The translations under genes and the position numbers were made by a program. A DNA stretch of 63,982 nt, filler included, from Octopus bimaculoides (Eukaryota): the NCBI RefSeq assembly GCF_001194135.2. It is 3 parts of 3 records of this genome, joined end to end, with 100 filler letters (N's around TTAATTAATTAA, not from the genome) between each part and the next. Parts side by side here need not be neighbours in the genome. Positions count along the whole stretch, not along the records: positions 1 to 28,720 come from NC_068987.1; 2 more parts are not named here. One strand, 5' to 3'. Each line of letters begins with the position of its first letter. Within the stretch, counting starts at the first letter, position 1. Of the stretch, positions 1 to 13,261 are shown in pieces. Below the pieces are notes generated by a model that had not been told where the DNA came from, did no database searches, and saw only the letters and a list, made by a program, of their open reading frames with translations.

Positions 1-34
<34 letters not shown>

Positions 35-395
35 ATATGTGTATATATATGTGTATATATATGTATGTATGTGTGTATATGTGTATATGTATTTATATGT
101 ATGTGTTGTCCAACTCACTATCCGGTAGCGTCCAATTCTCTAACGGCTTTTTTCAAATGAATCACGTCATAACCTTATCCATCTATTGTTTTCATACTCG
201 GTCATAATGTCTTACGTTTAAGATGATTCCCATGCTTTCCCTGAAGAGAAGGTTACAATTTTAATATCACAGATCCCTATGGATCACATAGGTTGTAATC
301 CTTTGAAACATATGTAGGAATAAAGTATGCAATTATAACATGCGTTTTTTTCCATTTCTTAAATTTTTATATATATATAAATGTATATACATACA

Positions 396-430
<35 letters not shown>

Positions 431-436
431 CTTTGC

Positions 437-630
437 GTGTCTGTGTTCGTCCCCCAACATCGCTTGACAACCAATGCTGGTGTGTTTACGTCCCTGTAAC
501 TTAGCTGTTCGGCAAAACAGAGCGATGGAATAAGTACTAGGCTTACAAAGAATAAGTCCTGGGGTTGATTTACTCGACTAAAATGTGGTACTCCAGCATG
601 GCCGCAGTCAAATGACTGAAACAAGTAAAA
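437..630 (+). mobile_element. 3' half of tRNA-derived SINE (family S1), preceded by (TG)n
   Basis: GTCCCCCAACATCGCTTGACAACC...GGCCGCAGTCAAATGACTGAAACAAGTAAAA closely matches copies at 54790-54975 and 62390-62580. Confidence 0.8.
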
Positions 631-1770
631 TAGAGAGTAAAGTGTAGAGTAAAGAGTATACATCTACCACACATATGCTCACACAACACACACAATCACA
701 CAAACACTCACACATACAAACTCCCAAACACAAACATAAATGAACAAACACACACAAACACACACAAATACACACACACACAAACACATACACAAACAGA
801 AACAGAAACACAAACGCACAAACACGCACATACACACACAAACACACACTAACACACAAACACACATGCACAAACAAGCACACACAAACACAAACACAAA
901 CGTGCACATACATACAAACACTCACAGATGCACACAGACAAAAACGCATAAACACACACACAAACACCCCCACACACAAACACAAACACACACACACACA
1001 CGAACACACACAAACACATACAAACACATTCAAATACACATACACACGCACATGTATACTTAGGTGGAGAAATATGCAAAAATATGCCCATGTCTAAAAA
1101 TTACAATATTCCGTAAATGATGCGACCAATTTTGTTTTAGACAATCACTTAAAAAATCGATGGGAATGAAAATTTGAAAACAGATTAATTCCAGCTTTAA
1201 TGAAGTTGACGAAAACATTAAAGTAAATTGAAAAGAGCATAAAAAAAAGTAAAACTGAACGAACTTAACTGAACTTGATATCAATGTGAAATCAGTCGTT
1301 GCCAACGAAGATTCAACTTGGGACGCCATTAAGAACATATATTTCAAATACAATTGATGATGAGTTCTGAAAATAGATGCAAAGTCACATAGTTTGTTGG
1401 AGGTTATAATCGATTTAATCGCCGTCAGTAAAGGACTGGTTAATGAATTTATCGAGCTGGGAAGGGCAGAATGGTAGTAGAGACGACTTCGAATTCGAAA
1501 AAAACATGACTAAGTTCTCTAAGATTTTAGTTCAGCGACGTTCAGGTTTTGTAACTGACAGTTAGCAAGGAAAACAAAATACTTCTTCCAATAATACGTG
1601 TGGAAGGTAAACTTATTCAGAGAAGTCGACATTGGGTAATTTAAACATAGAATGTGAAGAGCCGGAACAATTGCGTAGAACACTAAACGACCACCACAAC
1701 AACCACAAGTTAAACCACCACCACCACAACAACAACCACAAGCTAAACCACCACCACCACCACCACCACC

Positions 1771-1801
<31 letters not shown>

Positions 1802-2194
1802 TATCTAAAACAATCATGTGAAAGTAATTACGACTCGGAATTAAGAAATTTACCGACGTTCTTGAAGGATACCCCAATCTTTCTTCCAAATACTGTGGAA
1901 CTGATTGAAGGGTCGTTGTGACGTGTATTACTTAGGCTTACATTCTTAGTTCGTCCTCTGTTTTAAAAGTGGCACATATACGGCCATATACCCACCGTCT
2001 CAACTTTATCCTCTTGCAAGCGTCTATTATTGTTTGTGTTTATTGTAGGTTACTGATAGTTTACAGAGCGAAACGTAGACAGGCTTTCTCCATTTTAGCA
2101 AATGTTCCATATTAAGATTTTCGGTTTGAAAAAGCATTTACGAAGGACAGCCTTCATATGTAATTTATGCGTTTACGAAGGTCAGCCTCTTTAT

Positions 2195-2596
2195 AATAAA
2201 GTCGACCTCGGCGGAATTTGAACTCAGAACGTGAAGACGGACGAAATGCTGCAAAGCATTTTTCCCGGCGTGCTANNNNNNNNNNNNNNNNNNNNNNNNN
2301 NNNNNNNNNNNNNNNNNNNNNNNNNNNNNNNNNNNNNNNACGAAATGCTGCAAAGCATTTTGCCCGGCGTGCTAACGATTTTTTTCTACTCTAGGCACAA
2401 GGCCCAACATTTTTGGTGATGGGGAGCAGTCGATTATATCGATCTCAGTATGCAACTGGTACTTAATTTATCGACTTCGAAAAGATGAAAGGCAAAGTCC
2501 AAGTCGGCGAAATTTGAACTCAAACCGTAAAGACAGACGAAATAACACAAAGAATTTCTCCCAGCGTGCTAACGATTCTGCCAGCACGCCACCTTA
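2195..2596 (-). mobile_element. Two adjacent copies of SINE family S2 (Meta-domain-like core)
   Basis: Reverse complement of GGCGAGCTGGCAGAATCGTTAGCAC...GAGTTCAAATTCCGCCGAGGTCGACTTTGCCTTTCATC; homologous to 25919-26130, 46698-47560 and 62723-63180. Confidence 0.75.
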
Positions 2597-4283
2597 AGAA
2601 AGAAAAACAAAAACATGCTTAACAATAGCAAGACAAAAGTACTACAAAACGATAAACGGAAATATGAAACTATCGATATAATTAACACAATGCGTCACTT
2701 TACATTTATAACTTGAAACATAATTAGATGAGCGGAAATTGTCGTGAGACTCGTTGTTTTAGAAGTTTCTATAATATATTTATATTGTTTGTTGCAATAA
2801 TATAGACATTTTAATTTAGTGTGTTGTTAAAAAAAGACATATCACAGGCGAGTTTGGTCGTTGTAAGTAAAATGAATATAAGCGCATGTTTACCAGAAAT
2901 TATGTCACACTTTTGAGATGTAGTTGATGTGTGAGAGTCGGATGTTCGCGTCACTCCTAATACTTATTAATTTGATTTAGTTGCTCCCTAAGAAAGAAGG
3001 GTCTTACTCAAAATATTAGGCCTTATTTCTGCTCATGGCACATGAAATTAATTTCTTTTACAAATTTGATTAACTCATATCCATGGCTCTTGTATTTTAG
3101 TCCCAGCGAGTTAGAAGCGACCCGTTGACAGCAATGATAGACAATGATAAATTCATCGTTGGATTTTCGCAGTTCAAACTCCCTTTAGGTTTACTTTTGT
3201 CTTTCAATATCTGTAATCGTTAAAATGCATACTAATAAATTACTAAAGTATTTCAAAGAGAACATTTTAGTGCCTTGTAAAACTCCTTTCTGTGTTTAGT
3301 CAGAATAGAGTAATATTTATAATTGGTTGTGTACCACTCGGGATCAGAGATGAGTCATGCAGTTGGTGAGGTTCATCTATTCGTGAGCTATCATTGCATT
3401 TTTCAATCGTCACATTCTAAATTTCAAATATCCCATCCCACCTCAGCTGCAATCATGATACGTGTGGCTACAATAAGGATAAGTAACTCAGATTGATTGA
3501 TAAACCTTTCGTTAAAATGTAAGATTGAAGTAATTTTTCTATATTCAAACTCTGCAATGACTCGTATATCATTAGAAATGCATTTTATAGTTCAATAAAA
3601 CCTATCAACATAAATTACACACAGGAGATTCTTGGATTATCAACAAAATGTAACGTTCTATTTGAGATTTTATATTGGGATTCTCGTTAACGAAATCTAT
3701 TGCTTGATGCGAGGGGCGGGAGTAATCTGTTCATCGAACTGATTCATGTTGTAACCGTTGCTGTTGTTGTTGTTGTTAAACACCAGTTCGACTCTGTTCG
3801 AGAAAACCAATAATCGATAGCATTTAAACCCGTATCATTACATCTTTTTAAGGGATCAATGAGGTCATGTACTGCACGATCCAATGAGCCTTTTCCTTTT
3901 TAAAGACGATCGGGTGATATTTCTAGTTAATAGAACCTAAGAAAAGCTTCCTTGTTCCCTGGAAAATCACGTGTCATGTGAGCGTATGATCAAGTGGTAG
4001 ACTTGATCACTTTTTTATAGTCTTAAACCTGAATCACATGCATGCGATTTAGATGTGTAAATCTTTACATATAGAACGATATTTTTTGATGAAAACTTCC
4101 CTCAAAACACATGAAATATTTAGACATTACGCCAAACACGGCACTGTGTAATACTCATGAGAAAATATACGGGGACATAATCTTTCCTTTGTGTTCAATT
4201 CTCAACCACGTGGGTACGAGGGCTCCAGCACCATCTCTCACTATATANNNNNNNNNNATTAGGCAATTATATATATATAAATA

Positions 4284-4447
4284 GGCCCAGGAGCGGCTGT
4301 GTGGTAAGTAGCTTGCTTACCAACCACATGGTTCCGGGTTTAGTCCCACTGCGTGGCACCTCGGGCAAGTGTCTTCTACTATAGTCTCGGGCCGACCAAA
4401 GCGTTATGAGTGGATTTGGTAGACGGAAAATGTAAGAAGCCCGCCGT
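4284..4447 (+). mobile_element. 5' half of tRNA-derived SINE S1
   Basis: A-box-like TGGCTGTGTGG/GCGGCTGTGTGG and B-box-like GGTTTAGTCCC, then the CORE-like CACCTCGGGCAAGTGTCTT; many homologues in the window. Confidence 0.85.
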
Positions 4448-5174
4448 TTATATGTAAATATATATACAGGCTGCACACAAAATTAGATAGGAACGTTTGG
4501 TATCGTACAGTTTACATTACTTTCAGTAGCACCCGACGTTTCGGAAGGACGTTTCTTGTCACATTTATAATATAAGTGATATAAGATAGAGTGATAATGA
4601 ACTAAACCCTTTTTTTAAGGTTGCGGTAGGGGATCATTGCAGGTCAATGACAGACTACAGTAAAAACAATAAAGGAATTTCAAAAATACCTGTTTTACTG
4701 TGATGGTTGCGATAGGTTAAAATCCAACTCAGAAATAATAACTGATGCAGAAAGAAATTACTTCAATACGATGCTCTATTAGACCCGCTCCCGAATTCGG
4801 ATTAACCCAGAAAAAGACTCTACTTCAGTCGATCTCATATTTCGAAATAGATATAGGAACCATTCCTTGTAAGATTAAGTATGTGAACGAAAGCATTTAG
4901 GCAGAAAGATATCAACAGAAATAATGGCTTGCAAGTCTAGGAATATAAGCTTTAGGTTAAGAGACAGAGAGAAATAAAAATATGGGACAAGATTGTAGGT
5001 TTTGAGACAATCGAATCGTTAGATATTGATAAGACAATGCAATAAAGTATGACTCAGAGCGAGGTATAACTGTTTCACAGAATGAAGTGATAGTGCTTGC
5101 GTTACTATATATTTGGCGCGTATGTGTTTGTGTGCGGAAGTGTGCGCATTATGCATATATACCGATAAATGCTT

Positions 5175-5236
<62 letters not shown>

Positions 5237-5239
5237 GTG

Positions 5240-5284
<45 letters not shown>

Positions 5285-5650
5285 TTCTATCTATCTAGGT
5301 TATTTTTCTTGTCGATTTAACAGGAAGCAGAAAAATTAGTACTTTATTGTATGTCTACAAAAAAGTGAGGTGACAGTAACTTCGAAGTTTCGGCCATCTC
5401 TTTTATTCATTTGCTTGTTACATTTATTGATTTTGGATTATTCTAAAGGATTCTTCAATCGATCAATTTCACCCGAGGTCAATATTTCTGTCTGTTTTCA
5501 TTTTACTGAAACGCAAAGTGAAGGGGACGTAAATAATCTACACAAATCCTCTCGCAGTGAGGAGCACAAACTCAAATAAGCACATACAGATACATAGCTG
5601 TATACACAGACACACACACAGACACACACACACACACATACGCGCCCGCA

Positions 5651-5695
<45 letters not shown>

Positions 5696-6014
5696 NNNNN
5701 NNNNNNNNNNNNNNNNNNNNNNNNNNNNNNNNNNNNNNNNNNNNNNNNNNNNNNNNNNNNNNNNNNNNNNNNNNNNNNNNNNNNNNNNNNNNNNNNNNNN
5801 NNNNNNNNNNNNNNNNNNNNNNNNNNNNNNNNNNNNNNNNNNNNNNNNNNNNNNNNNNNNNNNNNNNNNNNNNNNNNNNNNNNNNNNNNNNNNNNNNNNN
5901 NNNNNNNNNNNNNNNNNNNNNNNNNNNNNNNNNNNNNNNNNNNNNNNNNNNNNNNNNNNNNNNNNNNNNNNNNNNNNNNNNNNNNNNNNNNNNNNNNNNN
6001 NNGTGTGTGTGTGT

Positions 6015-6053
<39 letters not shown>

Positions 6054-8677
6054 GTTATAATACCTCAAGAAGAGATAGAAAAGTAACGTTTGCGAAACAG
6101 TAAAGCGAGTCGCCACATCAAAGTGGCAGATGAATGTTAATGCTAGTTTAACCCCAGGCGGATTCTCCGCCAGCTGGTTTTCGGTGCAAGCTCTGTACTC
6201 TTTATGTACGAAACATCACTAGAATGAGGAGCGAATCTCTGCTACCCTCCAGTTTCGCGCTTCTTGGTTCACGCCAGCCGCGCAAACCTGCGCAGAAGAG
6301 TATAGACAAAATCCGCTTGTGTGAATGTATGTATGTATGTATGGATGGATGTATGTATGTATGTATCTATCTCTCTATCTATCTATATTCATATAAATAC
6401 ATATATGTATATGTATGTGTGTATGTGTGTGTGTTTAAGTACATGTATGTGTATAAGTGTATCCTGTACATATGTATATAAACACGCATATAAATTTATA
6501 TCTCTATAATTATTTATCCTTATGACCATAGATCTATGTACTTTAAAATTTTCACACAGATATATGTCACTTCATTGAAACCTGTCTAATCAGCCCCCCC
6601 GCCCACGCACACAAACACATATTCACCACCTCTAACCCATAAACACATCGTCATTCGCACAAACCAAGAAATGCCCCTCAACCATCTCAGCAATATACAA
6701 CGATAAACTGGGGTAGAAACACAAACACTAACATGTAATTTAGGAAATGGTTTTCTCGGACCATCAATCAAGAAAAGCGTCGTTGGCGCTGACAACAGTT
6801 TGACAGATAAACTTCGATATTGTCAGATGTAAAGTATATGAATCTCCCGTTGGTTTCGGCGATTGAGGATTGCAGTTGTTCGATCAAACTACTTATTAAA
6901 TTATAAATGTTACTGACATCGCTATTCCGTAAAAACTTTTACATACTAACGTAATACATTGACAGTATCAGATAGATAGAGGCAGTGGTGATAAAGGGCC
7001 GTTAACGGTATTGCCTTGGTGTGTGGCCAAGAGGTTGGGGTGTTGAACCTTCGATCGTAAGAACGTAGCCTCGATTTGCGGCCCGGGAAAAGCATTGTGT
7101 TTTCGGAGAAAACACTTCATATCACGTTGGTCTAAGATAATTTGCATATTTGACCTGTTGCAAAACGTGCATCTGTACGTGCAATGTCGATTTGATGGAC
7201 AAAATCAGCTTCTGCACAACACAAACATTTTCCTCACTAGAAGCAAATCATTTCTACAATAACTAAGCAGGTAGTTAGTTATAGAGCGTTCTTCTGTCGT
7301 TCACGATAGGAGAGTCCAATGCCTGTGCGACGGCTTCAGCACATTTTCCATCAACACTTGACTTTCACTAGCAGTGATCAAATTAACTGGATAGATACAC
7401 TGGAAAACATTGGTGATAGCATTCTGAGCAGATTTACGAACTTCGGTGCCTTTGCAAGTATTCGATCCAGTGAACTCTCTGTTGTATAAAATGATACATA
7501 GGCAGATGCAGGAGCATACACACATACAATTAACAAGCAAATTCGCACGTATACATACACACAGAGTTAGGAGAAGAGAGAAAGAGAAAGAGACAGAGAA
7601 AGTGAGTAAGAGAGGGAGGGGAGAGAGGTAATAGGAAAGAAAGGAGAGAAAAAGAACGGGTGAGAGACACAGACGCCTCCATAGAGCTGTCGACACAAGG
7701 CAGTTATCGAAATAATCCTAAGCAAGGAAACAATTTCCAATATTACTAGCACACAAACACACCCATACACACACACACACGTATGTGATATATGTGTGCG
7801 TGCGTATGTGTGTGTCTCTCTGTGTGGGCGTGTGTGCGTGAATGCGAATGTTTGGGTTGTGTGCCTTTATACGCGCATATATATATATATATATATATNN
7901 NNNNNNNNNNNNNNNNNNNNNNNNNNNNNNNNNNNNNNNNNNNNNNNNNNNNNNNNNNNNNNNNNNNNNNNNNNNNNNNNNNNNNNNNNNNNNNNNNNNN
8001 NNNNNNNNNNNNNNNNNNNNNNNNNNNNNNNNNNNNNNNNNNNNNNNNNNNNNNNNNNNNNNNNNNNNNNNNNNNNNNNNNNNNNNNNNNNNNNNNNNNN
8101 NNNNNNNNNNNNNNNNNNNNNNNNNNNNNNNNNNNNNNNNNNNNNNNNNNNNNNNNNNNNNNNNNNNNNNNNNNNNNNNNNNNNNNNNNNNNNNNNNNNN
8201 NNNNNNNNNNNNNNNNNNNNNNNNNNNNNNNNNNNNNNNNNNNNNNNNNNNNNNNNNNNNNNNNNNNNNNNNNNNNNNNNNNNNNNNNNNNNNNNNNNNN
8301 NNNNNNNNNNNNNNNNNNNNNNNNNNNNNNNNNNNNNNNNNNNNNNNNNNNNNNNNNNNNNNNNNNNNNNNNNNNNNNNNNNNNNNNNNNNNNNNNNNNN
8401 NNNNNNNNNNNNNNNNNNNNNNNNNNNNNNNNNNNNNNNNNNNNNNNNNNNNNNNNNNNNNNNNNNNNNNNNNNNNNNNNNNNNNNNNNNNNNNNNNNNN
8501 NNNNNNNNNNNNNNNNNNNNNNNNNNNNNNNNNNNNNNNNNNNNNNNNNNNNNNNNNNNNNNNNNNNNNNNNNNNNNNNNNNNNNNNNNNNNNNNNNNNN
8601 NNNNNNNNNNNNNNNNNNNNNNNNNNNNNNNNNNNNNNNNNNNNNNNNNNNNNNNNNNNNNNNNNNNNNNNNNNNNN

Positions 8678-8731
<54 letters not shown>

Positions 8732-9278
8732 CATGAAGAGTGATAGCGAGTGAGAGAAGGACGATAGCAGGCGCGTGTTAAGTTGCTCTCACTTGGGAAA
8801 GAAAGTATTTCCTTTCTTAACATTAACCATTTCTGTCAACACTTGCCAGGAAGAACTTAAAATGATTAATCAGAGTTTTTCTGTGTCTGGGTGGCGATTG
8901 TTGGGCGGCGTTCTCGGTTGAGAATAGAATGCTGGCACTTTAATAGATTCACTATTGAATTTCAATTAGCAACCAACCCTACAGTTAGCGTGATTTTCTC
9001 TTTTGTTTTCTTGTATTTTTTTGTGGTGAGGGGGGGGGTGTTCAATGTGAATACCTCCACCATCTCTGTCATACTAGAAAACAACAACGAAAGTACAAAA
9101 TTCAGAAAATAAAATCAAATATCAAGAAAAAAATCATAATAAAAATAACATAATATACAACACATCACGGGTCTCTTTGCATTAATTGTAGATGCGGTGG
9201 TGGCGAAGTAGAAGGTGAAGGCTAAGGGGACGGGGAGATAAAGGACAGGGAAGGAAAGAGAGAGAGGGAGAGAGAGAA

Positions 9279-9321
<43 letters not shown>

Positions 9322-9623
9322 GAAAAAGGGAGAGACAGAGACAGAGATTAAGAAGAGAGAGTGAAGCTGAATTTTAATCAAGATTTTTAGATTATGTCAG
9401 TTTAAACTTCACATGATAATGCACTTAAACACATGTCAGTGCAGAAATTACATGGGGCTTAGATTTTCGGCTGTTCTGACACATAACTCTACATAGTTAC
9501 CCGCAAATCATCTGCAAACACACAATAATCCACATATGTACACATTCCGACATATACGTTTTCGCTCAACAATCAGTATTAACTCCCTTATTCACTGCGA
9601 ATGTGTATGTATGTATGTATGTT

Positions 9624-9718
<95 letters not shown>

Positions 9719-10062
9719 ATATCAATATAATAGCGTGCCATGCTATGGTACATTTTACCACCTATTTTTGACTCTGTTCAGATTAACATTCCATCCTTAT
9801 TCCAAGATGGCGTTATAACTGTATTATTTAAATTGGGATAGGCTAGATTGTTATCAATATGAGTCATATATCAAAAGAAAGATCACCACATATCGAGTAT
9901 ATATATGTGTGTGTGTGTATGTGAGTGTTTGTGTGTATGCGTATGCATGTATGTATGTATGTATNNNNNNNNNNNNNNNNNNNNNNNNNNNNNNNNNNNN
10001 NNNNNNNNNNNNNNNNNNNNNNNNNNNNNNNNNNNNNNNNNNNNNNNNNNNNNNNNNNNNNN

Positions 10063-10114
<52 letters not shown>

Positions 10115-10312
10115 CACGTTTGTACTTGTATGTGTATAAAAACGCTTGTATGTATGAATGTATAAACATCTCCAATACAGTGGATATTAACACAATATTA
10201 TAGTTTAACATTCTCAGTCTTGTTAAATTCGACCTAAACTTTCGTAAGGAAAAACGTGATTATAGGTTGTATTAATAATAATAAAATTAGTATTATACTT
10301 ATGCCAAGGAAT

Positions 10313-10338
10313 GCTTACGGCCATATCACGCTGAGAGT

Positions 10339-10369
<31 letters not shown>

Positions 10370-10432
10370 AACGTCGAGCCTAGTGAGTACTTAGATGGGT
10401 GACCGCTTGGAAAACCTGGGTGCTGTAATCTT
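10313..10432 (+). rRNA. 5S rRNA copy, probable retroposed pseudogene
   Basis: 120 nt GCTTACGGCCATATCAC...CCGATCACCGAAGTTAAGCAACG...GTACTTAGATGGGTGACC...GGTGCTGTAATCTT with box A and box C motifs. Helix I has a mismatch (GTAATC for GTAAGC), there is no oligo-T terminator, and it is flanked by CTTATGCCAAGG at 10298-10309 and 10430-10441. Confidence 0.95.
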
Positions 10433-10984
10433 ATGCCAAGGGGTGCATTAATTTCTTTGAGTTGGAAGTTTAGAAGTAAATTGGCTAGTCATAACAATAG
10501 GTTCAACGAATTCGGCCCCACTGACAGAGCTTCTACGTATTCCTACTGATAATCTCTATCCAAATTTCCTCTTAGAGGAAGATCTATATCGGATGAAGCT
10601 CTTGTAATAATTTACAATTATTCTCCTGGCTTAGAAAGAGTTAGAAAACTTCCCAAATTTCAATTTATCCATCAGGTTCGAAGTTGGAGTAAAAACACTT
10701 GTTTCGTTAACGATAAACCTAAACTCTAATAAATGTAACCGATACCGTAAATCGACTGAATATTTACATTGTAGGCATGGAATAGAAAAGCATCCATATT
10801 CAGTTACGAATAATTCAGTTATAAATATTTTCGTATTGACTTCAATGTTTTCTGCTCATTAATATTCTGGATATTATCAGAAATCCCTTAAATATGTACT
10901 CTTTCATATTAAAGAAATCCTAAACGTCAACTTGCACTTAAGATAACAGTACTAAGTGTCCTAAGAATATTAAGGACAGCTGGT

Positions 10985-11970
10985 GTTTACCTGCACTTCC
11001 TCGACGCTGGTATGGGTCTTTGTCTGTGGTGCCGCTTCACTCTCCTTCTCGTACTTTTCCTCACCCTCCACGGGCAGTGGAGCACCAACCACTTTCTCAC
11101 TCTCTTGCCCTTTTTTTAGTCTTCACAAGTGGTGGAGTACAATCCGTTCTAATGTGGCCTGAAAGCCACATTTATAGCACCGCGGAATCCTCCCTTTCAC
11201 TCTGACTTTCAGCGTTACGTCTGCGACCGTGATTGTCTCCGCCATGCTTTCAATATCTTCTGGGTTAATCTGTACCACCATGTCTAATCTCTGCCCTTGC
11301 CAGTTTCTGGTGTTCTGGTGGCCTGCAGGACAACCACCTTTTCTTCCATGCCTAGCAGTATGGCAGCAACCAGCCAGGCTACATTCACTTCTGGTAGTAT
11401 ATCTTCTACCCTAACCCTGGAAGCTTGTCTCCCAAGGTATACAAGTAGAAGCACCACTTCTTCAGTTTTTAATGGTGTGGCTGAGTGCAATCTGGCTGTA
11501 GTTATCTCCCGAAGCTGCATTTCCACCGTTCTGTACTTTCTTCCCCTGGCAAGGTTGGATGTCTCTTGCCAGACTGGCCTCAACGCCTTTTCAATTTGTG
11601 CCTCCGACACCACTTCTACTTTTCTTGTTGCCACCGCGCATGTCCTGTAAACAATCGTTTTCTCTTCCTTATCCTTTAACACTTCTTGGGGGATCTTTCA
11701 CGCCATTATCTTCCCTTTTAAGTATTTCCTTGAACTTGTGCAGCTCTTCTTGACTTATGTCTTCAATTTTCCCCTTTGCCGCTGCTGCGTCAATCTTATT
11801 CAAACATTTCATCATTTCTTCCTCAGACGACACAAATTTTGAAGAAGAATAGTTCAAATCCTCACAACCCATCACACAACACCCCTCCATTAAACCAGAG
11901 GGAAGACATCGCATCGCCAAGGCAAAAAAAACCCAAAACACGTGTGCACAAAACCAAAACCAACAATCCA
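10985..11970 (-). mobile_element. 5' part of a non-LTR retrotransposon: 5' UTR plus frameshifted gag-like ORF1 with CCHC zinc knuckle (L1/Tx1-like)
   Basis: Track ORFs 11669-11971 and 11284-11682 join through frameshifts to ...DMVVQINPEDIESMAETITVADVTLKVRVKGRIPRCYKCGFxGHIRTDC (C-X2-C-X4-H-X4-C at 11139-11179, with a 1-nt frameshift). The probable start is ATG ATG at 11815-11810. No ORF2 is visible. Confidence 0.7.
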
Positions 11971-11984
11971 ACTGACAAACGCTA

Positions 11985-12026
11985 TACCGGAAGCAAGTTT
12001 CTTACCACACAGCCACGCCTGCGCCT
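11985..12026 (-). mobile_element. SINE S1 5' head fragment
   Basis: Reverse complement is GGCGCAGGCGTGGCTGTGTGGTAAGAAACTTGCTTCC, the S1 5' end; homology stops there. Confidence 0.7.
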
Positions 12027-12574
12027 TTGCTACAGAAAATTTTATTACTGTTTCAAATTTTCATTTCCTTTTTACTCACGATAGATTTAAGTTTACAGAA
12101 AGAAGTTTTGTTTTTCTTTTGCGTCACAAAAAATGGAAAAAAGATCTTATTTATCAACTTAAATGATTATATAAGTATTAGTTTTTTATTCACGATTCGT
12201 GACGTTCATAGTTTTATTTAAATGAATGCAACGTGCGCAAGGATAATAGTTTAAGTTTAGAGATTCGAAGCATTAAAAAAGAAAATTAAAATGTCTATAC
12301 AATCATAGCTATTTTTTACCAGTAAGATTTTATAAGCGATTTTATGGAAACACACATATATACACGCACACGCACGCACATACACACACAGAGACGAACA
12401 AATGTATATATCCATATATATAAATGCACAAATGTATATACGGATGCATACATTACATGTATACATATTGATTTAAACACCCATATATTATATATTATTA
12501 TATACACACAAGTATACATTTACATAAATATATGCACACATATACTTGGACACATGCAAACTAGTAAACATGCA

Positions 12575-12641
<67 letters not shown>

Positions 12642-12710
12642 GTCTGTATATATGTATATATGTATATATGTATATATATATGTGTATATATATATATATT
12701 TCTCTCTCTC

Positions 12711-12759
<49 letters not shown>

Positions 12760-13261
12760 CTGTATATATATGTCTATATATTTATGTATATATGTATATA
12801 TACACACACGCACACATATATCACTATATTTGTACATATATATCTGTATATATATATATATNNNNNNNNNNNNNNNNNNNNNNNNNNNNNNNNNNNNNNN
12901 NNNNNNNNNNNNNNNNNNNNNNNNNNNNNNNNNNNNNNNNNNNNNNNNNNNNNNNNNNNNNNNNNNNNNNNNNNNNNNNNNNNNNNNNNNNNNNNNNNNN
13001 NNNNNNNNNNNNNNNNNNNNNNNNNNNNNNNNNNNNNNNNNNNNNNNNNNNNNNNNNNNNNNNNNNNNNNNNNNNNNNNNNNNNNNNNNNNNNNNNNNNN
13101 NNNNNNNNNNNNNNNNNNNNNNNNNNNNNNNNNNNNNNNNNNNNNNNNNNNNNNNNNNNNNNNNNNNNNNNNNNNNNNNNNNNNNNNNNNNNNNNNNNNN
13201 NNNNNNNNNNNNNNNNNNNNNNNNNNNNNNNNNNNNNNNTATATAGAAATATACGTATGTA

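Noticed and set aside
2053-2080. Hammerhead-like CTGATAG...GAAACGTA
   Set aside because: The core lacks G8 and stem I does not pair.
2239-2375. 35-bp duplication across a gap
   Set aside because: Contig-end overlap with one mismatch, typical of allelic assembly redundancy.
7300-7490. Possible minus-strand exon or RTE RT fragment (ILAKAPKFVNLLRML)
   Set aside because: Only a short resemblance, with no donor site or further motifs.
10313-11970. 5S-targeting LINE (Mutsu-like) linking the 5S copy and the nearby ORF1
   Set aside because: The 5S is uninterrupted and has its own direct repeats, and the LINE fragment ends about 550 bp away.
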